Source: the human T2T-CHM13v2.0 reference genome, Homo sapiens. Taken from it: DNA of 64,000 bases. The notes under the pieces were generated by a model that saw only the letters and a program-made list of their open reading frames with translations, ran no database searches and was not told the origin of the DNA. Shown in pieces: positions 41,455 through 56,411 of this stretch (position 1 is the stretch's first letter; every line of letters starts with the position of its first letter). The translations under genes were made by a program, and so were the position numbers. The stretch lies in the NCBI RefSeq assembly GCF_009914755.1, contig NC_060927.1; one strand, given 5' to 3'.

Positions 41455-41875
41455 CTTTCAGGTGAATTTCTGACTCCTCCAACTGTTTTGCATTTTTCTG
41501 TCTGGCATCATTAGTGCTTATAACACTTTCCGATTTAGTGTCTTTTGAGAATTTAGTTCATGGGCTGTTTGCTTTCCTGTTTCCAGAAGAATCAGAAATG
41601 TTTCAAATACAGCTAAGACCGTCTTTGGTTCCACCCAACACTTTCTCCTCATGAGTGATGGTAATGTCCTGATGAATTTCTGCTTGGAAACAACTGGACT
41701 CAGTCAGTTGAGAAATGACAGAGCTCATATGCACAACACCTTGAAGCCTTCCTTCAGCAATGCGGACGATACACACAACCTTCAACACTTCAGAGAGAAT
41801 CCTCCGTGATGATGTATGCTCAAGTATTTTGGTGTGAGATGTCATGATACCTATAACTTACTTATTAAAAATTCA

Positions 41876-42185
41876 GGCCAGGCACAGTGGCTCATGCCTG
41901 TAATCCCAGCACTTTGGGAGGCTGAGGCGGGCAGATCACGAGGTCAGGAGATCGAGATCATCCTGGCTTACACGGTGAAACCCCGTCTCTACTAAAAATA
42001 CAAAAAATTAGCTGGGCGTGGTGGTGGGTGCCTGTAGTCCCAGCTACTCGGGAGGCTGAGGCAGGAGAATGGCGTAAACCTGGGAGGCGGAGCTTGCAGT
42101 GATTCCCAGATCGCTCTACTGCACTCCAGCCTGGGCGACAGAGCAACACTCCATCTCAAAAAAAAAAAAAAAAAAAGAAAAAAAA
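41876..42185 (+). mobile_element. Alu (AluY-like) within an old L1M 3' fragment
   Basis: gagaatggcgtaaacc...ggagcttgcagtg diagnostics; TSD aaaaattcag. Confidence 0.93.
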
Positions 42186-42792
42186 TTCAGTCAGAAAAAG
42201 ATGAAACAGGGCAAAATGTTAACAACTGTTAAATCGAAGTGATGGGTACACGGTTGCTCACTATACTCATGGCTGCACTTTTTTGTATGTTTGAGCATTT
42301 TCATCCTAAAAAGAATTTATTCCCAGATGTTCTAATTTCAGGAGGCATATTTAACCTGTGGGGGCTTCAGGAGGCTGACAGGGAGCAGACGGGAGGCAGG
42401 AATTGCTTAGTTCTCCTAGGTCTATTATCATTACCTTAATGTCTGGTAGTAGCAGAGTACAACAATAGCAAACCCCAAACAGCGATTCCGTGACACCCTC
42501 TGTTATTAACACCTTCCATGCAAGTATGGTTCTCTGAGTTAAAAGATCTAGTTCTCAATCCCTTTACCTCAAGGATGTTGGGGAGAGAGGAAATGTTCAC
42601 CAGGAAAACTTTTTTTTCTTGAAGATCATGCCATTTTCTGGTAACCAATTGGTACCAGTTTTCTTAAAAAAATAAAAAAGACAAAAGAAGTTCATTAATT
42701 ACTTTGAAAGTACTGTTGTTTAGTCCCTCAACAGAAAATGCAAACTTTCTGGAATCTTCTTCCGGATTGCCAGGTATATTGTGGGGTTTTAA

Positions 42793-43148
<356 letters not shown>

Positions 43149-45591
43149 TATTATTTTTATTATTCCTCACCTTGTAATTCCTCTTAAGATTTCATTTTTA
43201 AAAGAATTTTGCTTTTTGAGTCTTAAAATGCTCAATTTTTTTGCATTACTCTAGGCAGTAATTTTTATCCCAAATTATGATTCACCCGAAATGTTTTTAA
43301 AAGGCCACTCCAAATCTCCACTCCACCTTTAGAGATGTTACTAAATTCTGATATTTGACTACCTGACCTTATTTCTTTTGCCCCTGATCTTTACTATGGT
43401 CTCTGCATATCTTTTAGTATGATCTTTAATACTATGTGAATACTGTGATCTGGCTGAGTTCTTCACTAGGTATCCACCGTTGTCCATCCTGCTCAAGTAG
43501 TGCCTTAGGATATATCCCAGCTGGTGCCTGGGAACAAGGACCTGGGAAGGTAGGAGGAGGTTGACATGGACCTCCTGCTGCTCAGGGCTGCTGCCCCACC
43601 TCAGTGTGCCCCCACTTCTAGACATGTGAATGCTATTTCCACTCCAGCTCTGTTGAAAAGGGAGGAGAGGGACTTGGGTTTCCAGTTTGAGAAGGGAGTA
43701 AGTCCCACATAGGGGATTAGTTTCGGGGTAGTAAATCCCTGTCCATTCCTGAGGCTCAGAGGAATTGTTAATGGCCCTGCAGGCAGAAACTTGGACTTTG
43801 AAGGCAGATACTGACAGATCTGAATCCTGGATCTGTCACTGTGAGATTTGCTCTGTTTCTCAGTTTTCCTCACTTGTCAAAGAGAGAACCATACAGGTTT
43901 TTGTGAAGTTCAAAAGTGGTCATAAAAATAGTAAGCTTTGGACTAGATAATAAATGATAGCTTTTATTTAATAACAACGTCATTAATACCTGGGGATTTC
44001 TATTTTATCATTTACTCGACTTTAGGCTTAAAAAATATTTTTTGAGGATTTCTCAGTTCTTCCTTCTATTTTTGGACTGTAGTGTTCATGCCCACCTCCC
44101 TTGCCCAAATCAATCTGCCAAAAAATCCAGTTCTCTATCTCTTTTCATCTTGTGAATCTGTATCTTATTATGCTGATCTCTTACTGTGTTGTAACTCTAC
44201 TTCTGTGCTGCCCTTTTATTCTTTGTCAATTCTGACCTTATCTCTAAGAAGTGAATTGCAAATATTTCTGTCTTTCTGTCCAAGTTGAATTTCATATTTT
44301 CTGAATCATGTAGCTGCCCTCCATGTGACCTAGAAAGCCCTTTGATGATCCATATTTAGCTGTATCCATCACTCAACAGATGTCTGGGTAGTTAAAGGCC
44401 CCCATGAGCTCCCTCTACATCCTGTGGTTTCAAGTTCCTGAGTTGTTAGTTAAAAAGCTTTCATCCCCCTGCCCCCCACCCATTCCAGAGTAGAAGTACA
44501 GATACCCACTTTAGCTATTCATTCATTTATTCACTTGACAAATGTTTACTCATTACCTACTGCATGCTTGATACTGGGTTAGATGTTACCCTCTTTGTTC
44601 CAAATTGCATTTTCTTAATCTGACCCATTTAGAGTAGTCCTCCAGGTTTTCTGATGATTTCTCTGGAATCAGCATTGAGCATCCAATTAAACCGTCTCTT
44701 CTACCTGCAGGGTTTCCTGACCCCTGGGAGACTTGGAGGCTTAATCGTAAACTCTGATGTCTTGCTATAATGTACCTGCTATTCCATGCACAGATTTCAG
44801 ACTTACAAAGGTTCACCACAGCTCTATCTAGGGGAGTTTAGTTCGCAGATGAGGTTGCAAGGCTCTGCTTGTCGTCCTGCACCTTGGACATGAAGAATGA
44901 AGTGGCAGCAAGGGTAGAACACCTAGCAAGTTAAGTAGCTAATTTCCAAAACCCCTTGGTTTTCTGTGTCCCTGGTTTCCCACAGAGATGCCTATGAGGA
45001 AAGATGCTTCTCTGCTTTTTGAGCTCTCTGGATCTTCCCATTAGATAGCATCTCTTGGCATCTGAAAGGCAGCTTGCCATTCTGTTCTCCTGTGGAACAC
45101 AGATGGCCCAGCCCACGCCTATCACTAATGAGGATTGCATACAGAGCCTCCTTGCTGGAGGCTCCCTTCAGCAACCCCAGTGCTCCTTCCCTTTGCTGGC
45201 CAGTCACTGTTGACCATGGCATTTAAATCTGAGAAGGCTGTTTGCTGCTCTCCCACTCACAGAGCTGAACAAAAAAACCTATTAGGTGTAGGTCCTGGGA
45301 AATGAGTTGCATTCAGCTAGAACATGAAGACATTGAGGATTAAGGAAGGGATGGCTACTGATTCGATTGCCAGGGTTTTGGGATCCAGCTGTCCGTGGAG
45401 GCTGTTGAGTTTAAATATGAACAAGCACTGGAAGTTCTTCAGTAGGAACATGATTAGATGGCTATACAGAGGTTGAACAGATGGGATATCAATTTGTCAA
45501 TGCCATATTATTTCAAGTAGCATACTAGTATGGTTGGAAACTATTAGAATAGAATGTTAAAGGCACTAAAATGTAGTGGAAAAAGCATAGA

Positions 45592-45902
45592 TTTTCTTTC
45601 TCTTTTCTTTTTTTTTTTTGAGATGAGAGTTTCATTCTGTCACCCAGGCTGGAGTGTAGTGGCATGATCTTGGCTCACTGCAAACCTCTGCCTCCCAGGT
45701 TCAAGTGATTTTCCTGCCTCAGCCTCCCAAGTAGCTGGGATTACAGGCGTGCACCACCACACCTGGCAAATTTTGTATTTTTGGTAGAGACGGGGTTTCA
45801 CCATGTTGGCCAGGCTGGTCTTGAACTCCTGAACTGAGGTGATCCACCCACCTCGACCTCCCAAAGTGCTGGGATTGAAGGCGTGAACCACCGCGCCTGG
45901 CT
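45592..45902 (-). mobile_element. Alu inserted in a MIR
   Basis: Alu body; TSD agcatagatttt; MIR-like sequence continues to ~46110. Confidence 0.93.
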
Positions 45903-46119
45903 GAGCATAGATTTTCATATGAGACAGACCCGTGTCAAGTCCTAGTTCTATCACTTGCTGTCTGTTGGACAAAGTACTTCACCTTTCTATGTATGAATTT
46001 CTATATCTGTAAAAAGTACAATGCCAATATCTTAGGCTGTTCTGAAGATCAAAAGGGAAAGCACATGAAAAGACCTTGACACTGTGCCTGGCACTAGTAA
46101 GCAATGAATGGGAATTTCC

Positions 46120-46415
46120 TTTCTTTTTTTTTTTTTTGAGACAGAGTCTCGCTCTGACACCCAGGTTGGAGTGCAGTGGCATGATCTCGGCTCACTGCAA
46201 TCTCTCACTCCCGAGTCCAGGCGATTCTCCTGCCTCAGCCTCCTGAGTAGCTGAGATTACAGGCATGCACCACCAAGCCCAGCTAATTTTTGTATTTTTA
46301 GTAGAGACGGGGTTTCACCATGTTGGTCAGGCTGGTCTCGAACTCCTGACCTCGTGACCTGCCTGCCTCGGCCTCCCAAAGTGCTGGGATTACAAGCGTG
46401 AGCCACCGTGCCCAG
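46120..46415 (-). mobile_element. Alu (AluS-like)
   Basis: Alu body; TSD ggga(a/g)tttcctttctt. Confidence 0.94.
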
Positions 46416-47378
46416 CTGGGAGTTTCCTTTCTTATCTCCCTTTCCTGTTCTCTCTTTATAGCAGAAAGTTGAAACATGCACTCTAATATGGTAGAACATC
46501 AAGTTGAGCTAAAATCAATGGCTCCATATGAAAGTTTGTACAATTCTGCTCTCCTGTTATATTTAAAACTTGTTGGAATTTGAGATGTAGGATAGTTTCT
46601 TTTTCCTTGCTATTGCAAGTCTGATACAGGTCTGATATTTATGATTAGAAGTTCCAAACTGTTAATATGGATCTCGGTAGAAAGGCAAAATCTGTTTGAC
46701 TTTAATACTACAATCCATTTTTTAAGTTCTCAGGGCTACCAAGGAGCAATCACAACCACCATCAGCGACCCTTGAGGGTGCCAGTGAGTCAGGTCAATCC
46801 TGCCATGTCCAAGACTGGTCTAAATGGTCAGTACTCCCAATCCAGAAATTGCTCTTGGAGTCATTTTTCATTCTTTCAGAAAATAAGGGACACACCAAGA
46901 AATGCTGTTCAAAGGGAATTAATAGATTTACTGATTTAACGTTAATGCCTATGAAAACAGTTTAAATAGCTTTTGGGGCAAGGTAGATTAGTTACTGTTT
47001 GTTTCCCATCCAACCAGGTCAAAGCTTTTTCCTATAAGAGCAGGTGCATGTTCATTCCCATACATGGCAGCCCTTTCCATATTAGAGCAGCTCCAGGAGT
47101 AGTTATTAAATTGAATAGAAGTTAACCTGTCTACAACTGTGTTTTTCAGACCTGATTCTGGTCTCTGGAGTTACACAGATGAAGTCTGATCTCTACCTGC
47201 TATCATGCCTACCCTTTCATTTTTTCTTCTCTTTAATCCCCTTTCCAGTCCCTTCCCAACTCAGGAAACAAAGGGCCTAGATCATTGATTCTTGCTTGAA
47301 GATGTGTAGAGGGGAACAATAAAAATAGGCAAACAATCTCATAAAGAAACAAGAAAAAGGGTCTTAAGAATGGAGACT

Positions 47379-47669
47379 TGGCCGGGCGTGGTGGCTCATG
47401 CCTGTAATCCCAGCACTTTGGGAAGCTGAGGCAGGTGGGTCACCTGAGGTCAGGAATTCGAGACCAGCCTGGCCAAGGTGGTGAAACCCCGTCTCTACTA
47501 AAAATACAAAAATTAGCTGGGCACAGTGGCGCATGCCTGTAATCCAAGCTACTCAGGAGAGGCAGGAGAATCGCTTGAACCTAGGAGGCAGAGCTTGCAG
47601 TTAACCGAGACTGTGCCATTGCACTCCAGCCTGGACAACAACAGCAAAACTCTGTCCCCAGCCCCTGGC

Positions 47670-47700
<31 letters not shown>
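47379..47700 (+). mobile_element. Alu (AluS-like)
   Basis: Alu body and poly(A); TSD aagaatggagactt. Confidence 0.95.
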
Positions 47701-47702
<2 letters not shown>

Positions 47703-47813
47703 ATGGAGACTTCTTGTCTTAGAAAAAGCACTTTTTGAGATATTATTGTGGAGGATGGTCACTTGTGTGTTTCCACCTCCACTGAGAACAACAAAATAAA
47801 TGGTGGTCTTAAG

Positions 47814-47992
47814 GCAGTGTTTTCTAATCTATAGATGTTGACAAATAAAGGACTCTATGGTTCTTTACTAGGAGTTCTCAGAGACTCTCTATGTACTTCC
47901 CAGAAGAGATTTAGCACTTGACCACAGAACTCTTTTTTCACGGAACATTTGATGGATGCTAGTGTTTTGGGAGACACATTTTAGGAAATTAT
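47814..47992. mobile_element. MER103-like hAT fragment
   Basis: cagtgttttctaa...gaccacagaactcttttttcacggaacat...acacattttaggaaa. Confidence 0.5.
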
Positions 47993-48860
47993 GGTTTCAG
48001 ATATGCTGTGGGGACTCAGACTGGACATTTGAAATAATTTCCTGATTGATTACTGTTAGAGCCCGGAGCTGGCGGCCAAGGAAGACTGTGAAGTTTCCTT
48101 CCTTGGAAGGTTGGTAGACTCTTCCTCCTTCCCCCAACTCCCGCTCTTTTAATATTAGCATTAGACATGCACCTGCCTGGGAGTGTTGAGGTGTAGGCCT
48201 GACATATAGGGGATCTGAGCATCTAGATCCTTCCCATCCCCATGATTCTATTTTTATGGATCCCAATTGTGGTAGTGTTGCACGGAAGGCACAGACTAGC
48301 TGGGACAGGAGGTAACTGAGAGTTTTGGCCAAGAGAAGAGGGGGCTAGAGATGGGAAAAGTTGATGCAATTATTTTTGGCAGGAGTTGGAACCAAAGCAG
48401 CAGAAGAGAGTAAGTTTTAAGACTCTCTGGCAAAGTAACTTCCTAATCTGTCACTGAGTATGTGTAAAAAAGTGATTAGTGGGTCTCTATATTTATCATG
48501 ATTACTCACAAATATGTAATTTACATAATATATACAGCACATTAAGTACTATGTCACCTTATATAATGTGCATATGTATAATGTATATGCATGTTATGTA
48601 ACGCCAGTCTGGAGGCTCTTCCAGGTTCTGCCAAGTATTTCCTAATTTATTTGGCAATTTTAACGTATCTTTTCCATCTGTGGAAAGAACTCTCTTGAGA
48701 GGAGCTGGTCTCTGACCTGAATATAATCATCCTACTAGGTCTATCTCCACTCTCAACTCACTGGGGAAAACCCACAAAGACTAAGCCATAATGAGACACA
48801 ATTCCTAGCCCATCAGTTTAGGGACAACACAATGTACTAGAGAGTTCCTGCTTTACAGTT

Positions 48861-48866
48861 TTTATT
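48861..48866 (-). terminator. DGKG: Polyadenylation signal of DGKG
   Basis: tttatt on + equals AATAAA on -, followed by GT-rich sequence (ATTGTGTTGT) about 30 nt downstream. Confidence 0.7.
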
Positions 48867-50602
48867 GCTGTTGGGGTAGAAGCATGGGGGGCAGGTGAGA
48901 ACATGTTTGTAGCATGGCCAGAATCAGAATAAGATAAGAAATAAGGGATTAGGTTCTCCCCTGACTAACCATGTGGCTTTGAGAAGTCACTAAACCTCAT
49001 TAAGCCTTGTTCTCCTCATTGAGATCGAGATAATAATACCTTCTCTGCTAACCTCAGAGGTTGCTATGAGGGTCACTATGATGAGGGACTCCACAACAAG
49101 AAACCACAGTCATAGTGTTTAAAGGATGATTTGCAAGGCACGATTAAACAACAACACAAGATTTACTAAGGTTACCAAACTGGAAGTGCAATTCCACTGA
49201 AGTTGTTATACTCCATGCCTCTAAGAAGGACTTGGGATATGTCTCTCAAGCAACATTGCAAGTCCTGTGCACTAGGGTGCAGCAGGTAAGGGCCATTTTC
49301 TGCACTGCCCCTTCATGAGACCTGTGAGTCTCTGAGAATCAATTTCACCTGTTGATAGTGCCATGTCTCAATAGCCTCAATCTTGGGGATCATGGCTGAA
49401 ACACATGCACGAACTTCTGTAAATGTCTTAGAATCAGTGACCCCAAACCTGAACCTGCCTCAGTTTCAGAATCAAGTGGCTTCCAAGATAGTACCTGTAG
49501 TAATTCTGGAGCTTGTTGGTCCCATCACCAAGAATACCATCATTAAAGATATTCTTCAGGTGGCCTGGTTTTCCCCTTACTTAGCATTCTGCACTGTTAG
49601 GTTGAGCAGAATGGTCCAAGATCTTGCTCCTAGGTGGTCCTTCACAGTTAAGTGCCATTTGTACACACAATCTTAATATTCCCTTCTTTGTCCAAAGCTC
49701 CTGTCCAATGCAAGATTAGAGGCAGCTCAGTGGAACGATATCAAGTGGGTCCAAGTTTCCACTGATAAATCTCAGAGAGGGATGGAGGCCCAATGAAGCT
49801 CTGCATGGCCTTGCCCTTGGGAAAGGATGGTAATGCTGGCACTTGCTGAATGAAGCCCACTGAGCTCTGCTGAGACCCCTCTGTCCTGGCTGGCAGTATC
49901 TTGCAGAAGACGCCTCAGTCCTTCTTGTGACTCTCCACTGAGGTCATCCCTGCAGCCAAGGTTGTTTCCAAACTAAGAGACTATGATGACCATGATGAGG
50001 TGACATGTGGAGAGTTCAGTCTGATGATCTGTTTAGTACCTTCGATCTCAGACCAACTTCTTTTCCATTCAGGTCAGAGAGAACCTCTGGGAAGCAGAAT
50101 GAGGCGCTCGTTTTCTTGTGTGGGGATATCCCATCCACGCATGTGCTGTACGTTTGTTCCTCCCTGGCAACCTGGATCCAAGTGGACTCACTTTTCAGTG
50201 ACCAGAAATGACCCTACTCTGAGATGTGTGGGTTCTTTTCTCCATTAAATATCTTTGTAACGGCACCTACTCTCAAGCTGCATTAGCCAAGACACCATGG
50301 AAAAGTCTCTGAACTTTTCTGAGACTCAATTTTCTTATCTGACAAATGGGAGAGTAAATCCAGCCCAGCAGGTCTTTCATGCTTGTTTTGAGGATCCAGA
50401 ATAGGAGTTCTCGGTCTCTTCGTTCATAATAGGGAGCTACTTTCATTCCCCTTAACCCTTGTGATCACCGCAGGGAGATGCGTCCTGACAATGAAACGGT
50501 GGAGTGGGGGAGTGAGAACCTTCTTTTTCCTTACCACTTTCTGTCTCATACTACCTATGTTTTTTTTTTCCAATGAGGAAAAGTCCACCAGTAAATAAAT
50601 AT

Positions 50603-50683
50603 TTATATATATATATATATATAAATATATAGGCTAAATATATATATATACACGCACACACACACACACACGCGCGCACACAC
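50603..50683. repeat. (TA)n/(CA)n compound microsatellite in the DGKG 3' UTR
   Basis: TA runs followed by CA/CG runs. Confidence 0.9.
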
Positions 50684-51735
50684 GTTAAGACCATCAGAAG
50701 GTCCTTCAGGTCATACTCTGGGAGTGGTGAGTGCAAAGAAGCAGGAGGGAACCGTCTCCTGGTTTCCCCAGCAAAGTTCCTTCCTTCCCATCTTTTCTGC
50801 CTTCAGGAATAGTCTGCCACCAGGGCTTGGAACTCAAACAGGAAACACGCTTTGGCTTGAAAAAGAAAGAAGCTGGGGGTGGTTTTTTTTTTCCTTCCCT
50901 TTTTACACAATATTATGACACCAATTTGAAAAATAAATCCCAGTTTCTCCGCTCTCCCTCCCAGGTGTTCACAGAACTAAGAAAATAAATACCACATCTA
51001 AGGTGTGCTATGCAGGCAGCTCTGGGGGCTCTTGGAGCCGCCTCTAAGCAAACATGTAGACACCAGGAGAAGGTTCCTGGAAAATAACAAGTGCCCACCG
51101 ACGGCGCAGAAACCCAAGAATGGAAATACAGCTTTCCACGGCCTTTCTGCCTCTTCAGCAGGTTCACGGAGAAGTTGTCACTCAAAGGACGACCAAGAAA
51201 CCAACGTGCGCCTGCTGAGCCCTGCCAAGGATTATGCTCTGAGAGCCAGAGGCCGTTTTGTCTCTGTACAGAGGGAACTTTGTGCAAATTCTCTGGAACC
51301 AGAGCTCCTTCCCTTGGCCACATCTGATCTCACCATAGGCAGGAAACCTGCAGCCTGCTCCTCGCGAGCGTCCATGAGGAAACTTGCAGGGCTGGTAGAA
51401 AGAAAGCGGGATTTCCCTTCAGTCTCAGAAAATTCTGCTCAAGGCCTGTGGGAATGTGGAGGTTGCTGCCTAAGCCAGCCACAACCTCATGGGCCCTAAG
51501 TCCATTCAAAATGTTTTGTTGGCACTGGCTCTGTTAGGGGTGTACCCACTGTTGAAACAGAATGTATGGCAAGGTGACGTTTTCTTCCCGAAGGGTGGCT
51601 TTGCTTCCACTGGTTAGAGAAGAGTGTGTATGTGTGTGTGTGTGTGCATGTGTGAGTGTGCACATAAATTGTGTGTGAGTGTGCATTATAGTTTCTTGCT
51701 TTCTCTCTTGGTTTAGCTGGTGTTTGGCACACTGT

Positions 51736-51834
51736 TTAGTCTTTTGAACGGCTCTTCCTTCTCAACGAGAAGAAGCTGCTCTTCTGGGGAGGCCCCATCA
51801 TCATGGGCGCTTGGTTCTTGTGAGTAATTTTAAT
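51736..51834 (-). CDS. DGKG: DGKG last exon, coding part with stop
   Basis: ttttag|ATT AAA ATT ACT...GAC TAA encodes IKITHKNQAPMMMGPPQKSSFFSLRRKSRSKD*; phase 0 matches the upstream exon. Confidence 0.95.
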   Translation of the reverse strand: MKITHKNQAPMMMGPPQKSSFFSLRRKSRSKD

Positions 51835-53444
51835 CTAAAAGCAAAGAGGCAGAAATGAATTAGTGGCATGCAAATCTCAGTAGCCTAAGGGAGAGTGAGT
51901 CGCAGAGAAAGGAAAGGCCAGCTTCAGGATGGAAGGAGCCCCATGCAGAAGGACAACTGTCCTTGAACGGCTTCAAAATTGGCAACTTGACCCTGACTGG
52001 GCCTGGAGTTTGGCACGGCTGGAAGTGAGGGGCGGAAGCACTGGGGAGAGACAGGTGTGAGCTTCCCACGTGGTGATCAGCTCACACCTGTCTTGTGTTC
52101 TTGGTATTCACAGACTCTCAGAATGTCACAGCCAGAGGAGACCTCAGGGACTCAATCGACCCCTCTGCAGGAGCCCATTAGAGTAGCCTAAGTTCACAAA
52201 CAGAGCAGCAGCACAATTAGAGCCCAGTTCTTCAGATTCCCAGCCTCCATTGCTCCTGGTCATTCCTGCCAAGGCAGTGCTGAGATGTCAATCAAGTGAC
52301 CGAGGCTTTGGTCTGACCTCTGACCAAGCACCATTATGTGGAGAGTTCCCAATTGAGTGCCTTATGTATTTCCTCTTTTCTTGGCCTTCGAGGGAAGACC
52401 CCAAATTCTTTTTAAAACTTTTTTTTCTTTAAATTTTAGGGTTTATAAGTGTTTCCTCCTGTAAACTTTAAGTCAATCAGAAGTGAAAGACACTGATGTA
52501 TTCTCATTTTTGCCTTTATTCCCAACCTTATCCTCAGGTCATGGCTTTGAAATAGTTAATTCCTACCTGAGTGTGGCCTTGCCACCTTAATAATCTACAT
52601 TATCCATCCACAATATTTATTAAGTATGATAATGCTCAGAGTAGGACGATGAAGTGGGAACAGGAAGCAATTAGAATTCAAAGACCTGGGTTTGAGTCCA
52701 GACACTTCCACTTCTTTGCTGTGAACATTTAGATGAATCATTGACTCTTCAGAGCCAGTGCTTACTGAACTGTAAATGAGGAGGATAACATTTGTCTTAT
52801 TTTCCTCACAAAGATCAAAGAATAGATTGTCAATGAAAGCCCACTGTAAACTGTAAAATGGAAAGTAACAGTTAGTAAAATCCTTGTCTTATGGAGAAAG
52901 AGAAGGAGAAAGATGGATGTCAAAAGAAACAGAACCTATGAACTCATTCTTGTGGTTTTTACCACATTATAGGAAATGACAGTGTGACCGCAGGGAACAA
53001 CAGAACTCTTGAACACAGAACCATCAACGAGTTTAAATCAATGTCGGCTAAACCAAGTGGTGTCCAAAACAAGGTGGGCATGGAATGAGAAAAGTCTGAT
53101 GGGAACAAGGAGGAAAGAATTTTAAAATCTGAAGGAAGGAAAGGAAATGTGTTGATGAAAAGGGAGTGGGTAGAGAAGTCACAGATGAGCAGGTTGAGTT
53201 CAGGGCAAACTATGAGAAATGTGGTCATGGACACAGGTGGGGCAGCTGGTGTGGGGTTTTAAAGGGAGGCAGAAAGACTGGGTTCACATGAAGAAACGAG
53301 GAAGCATGAGAGATGGCATTCTGTGCTGGAGAATAACATGACACAAAAGAAAAGAGTTTGAGGGAAATTATTTAACAGCTGTTGTCAAGGTGAGCTGGGG
53401 TAGTGAGTGCCTGGCTAAGAGGGCACTACTGTAAGCCAGGTTTA

Positions 53445-53813
<369 letters not shown>

Positions 53814-54313
53814 CTAAAAGCTGAAAATGATCCTTATGTTGGCTTCCACCAGCCCAGAGACCTAAAAGGGGAGAGAGTCTCTGTTTTTTGATAGTCACCA
53901 GAGGAGAAAACCGAGAATGCATCAACATCATTTTGTGCTGTGTGTCTTATTGTGGGCATTATGTTTATCCCAGGACGCACGGAAGCGAGGCATAGGCTGG
54001 AGACTGGAGACTCGGACAGCACTTATCTGTGGCATGCAATGTAGCATTCTTTGTTCCCCTGTGGAACACGTTTGTGGCATGTTCCCCTGTGGTCAGCCTT
54101 CTCTCACTCCTGATCTCCCATGCCCATGAGGGGAAGGACTTCAGCTTATTCACCACGGCACTCTCTGAGCCAGTGCAGTGCCTGTTCAGGGTACAACACA
54201 CTGTGGAAGTACTGACTGATAAGCCCTACGTGCTGGCAGTGGAGATGGCTCTGTTGGAAGCAGAGGATGGTAGCTGGTGCCTACATTTCCCGCTGGTAGA
54301 GCCCCTCCCCCAC

Positions 54314-54607
54314 TTTTTTTTATTTTTGAGACAGAGTCTCGCTCTATCACCCAGGCTGGAGTGCAGTGATGCAATCTCGGCTCACTGCAACCTCCACCTC
54401 CCAGGTTCAAGCGATTCTTCTGCCTCAGCCTCCTGAGTAGCTGGGACTACAGGTGCTTATCACCATGCCTGGCTAATTTTTTTATTTTTAGTAGAGACGG
54501 GGTTTCACCATGTTGGCCAGGATGGTCTCGATCTCCTGACCTCATGATCCGCCCGTGTCGGCCTCCCAAAGTGCTGGGATTACAGGCACCAGCCGCCGCG
54601 CCCGGCC
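54314..54607 (-). mobile_element. Alu (AluSc-like)
   Basis: Poly(T) plus Alu body, followed by a second T run. Confidence 0.93.
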
Positions 54608-55405
54608 TTTTTTTTTTTTTTTTTTATTTAGATGACACAAGACCCTTGCTTCTCTTTTTTATCCCTTTAGCTGAGCTATTTATTTGCTAGTTAGTACCTC
54701 CAGGGCACGGAAGAGGAAGTAAAACTCAAATCTCTCCTGCTTGTTTTTCAGCGGTTCTGACAAAGGTCTTGACAGGGTAGGAGTCTGGGGCTCCTGGGTA
54801 ACATAATATTTTGGTCAGCTTTGTGGATTCTATTACTATAGAACCGAAAGAAGTATGAAATCATATCCTCATTTCCAGTCAAAGAGATATCAGTCCCTTA
54901 CCCTCAAATTAGGGGCTAGCAGGTAAAATAGTTATGATCCTATTTTAGGAGGTAGTTGGATGTGGCTAAGCCTGCCTTTTCAAACCCTGATAGAAAGAGG
55001 TCATCCCACGTTTCTGTAGTTAGCACCCAAGCTTCTTTGGTAATTGGGCGAGTCAGGCCATTAACTAAAGTCTCCATGATTTTCTTAAAAACTATTCACA
55101 TCACTGACAGCACCTGGCCAAGTGCTAAGATCAGCAGCTTAGTGCATAGTTTTCTGTTTGATCACAGAGAGAATTGATACACTAGACTCTTGCATGATAG
55201 TTCGAAGTTCACAAAACTATTACAGCATGTAATTTCCCCTTTAAAATAGAATAAAAATGTGAACTTCACTAGTGCTGGGGATTGACTTTGTTGGGGGCTG
55301 TTTTCTGCAAACCAACACATTCTTATTACTTCAAGAGAAGCAAGAGATTGAGGGACTTCTTCCTGAATGTTGCCTTCTCAGGGTGTGTAATTCAGATAAT
55401 GCCTA

Positions 55406-55830
<425 letters not shown>

Positions 55831-56004
55831 TCAAATAGTCTCTGCGATATTTTAAAAGTTAAAGAAATATGGTGAGCCTAAGGGAGGAGGAAGGTTTGCA
55901 TGGCTTTCCGGTCTTAGTTGTTTCCGGGCTCTCCAAGATCCTAGAATGTGCTGCTTCCTGACAGTGTTTCCTGCCATCAGAGGCCTTCGAATGTAAATGG
56001 ACAA

Positions 56005-56401
<397 letters not shown>

Positions 56402-56411
56402 TCAACTACGT

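Larger units (their letters stand above)
48845..51735 (-). other. DGKG: DGKG 3' UTR (~2.9 kb, distal end approximate)
   Basis: Alu-free stretch from the TAA to the first clear minus-strand AATAAA I found. Confidence 0.7.

Noticed and set aside
51005-51499. 164-aa plus-strand ORF antisense to the DGKG 3' UTR
   Set aside because: Non-ATG start, no homology I recognise and no supporting splice or promoter signals.
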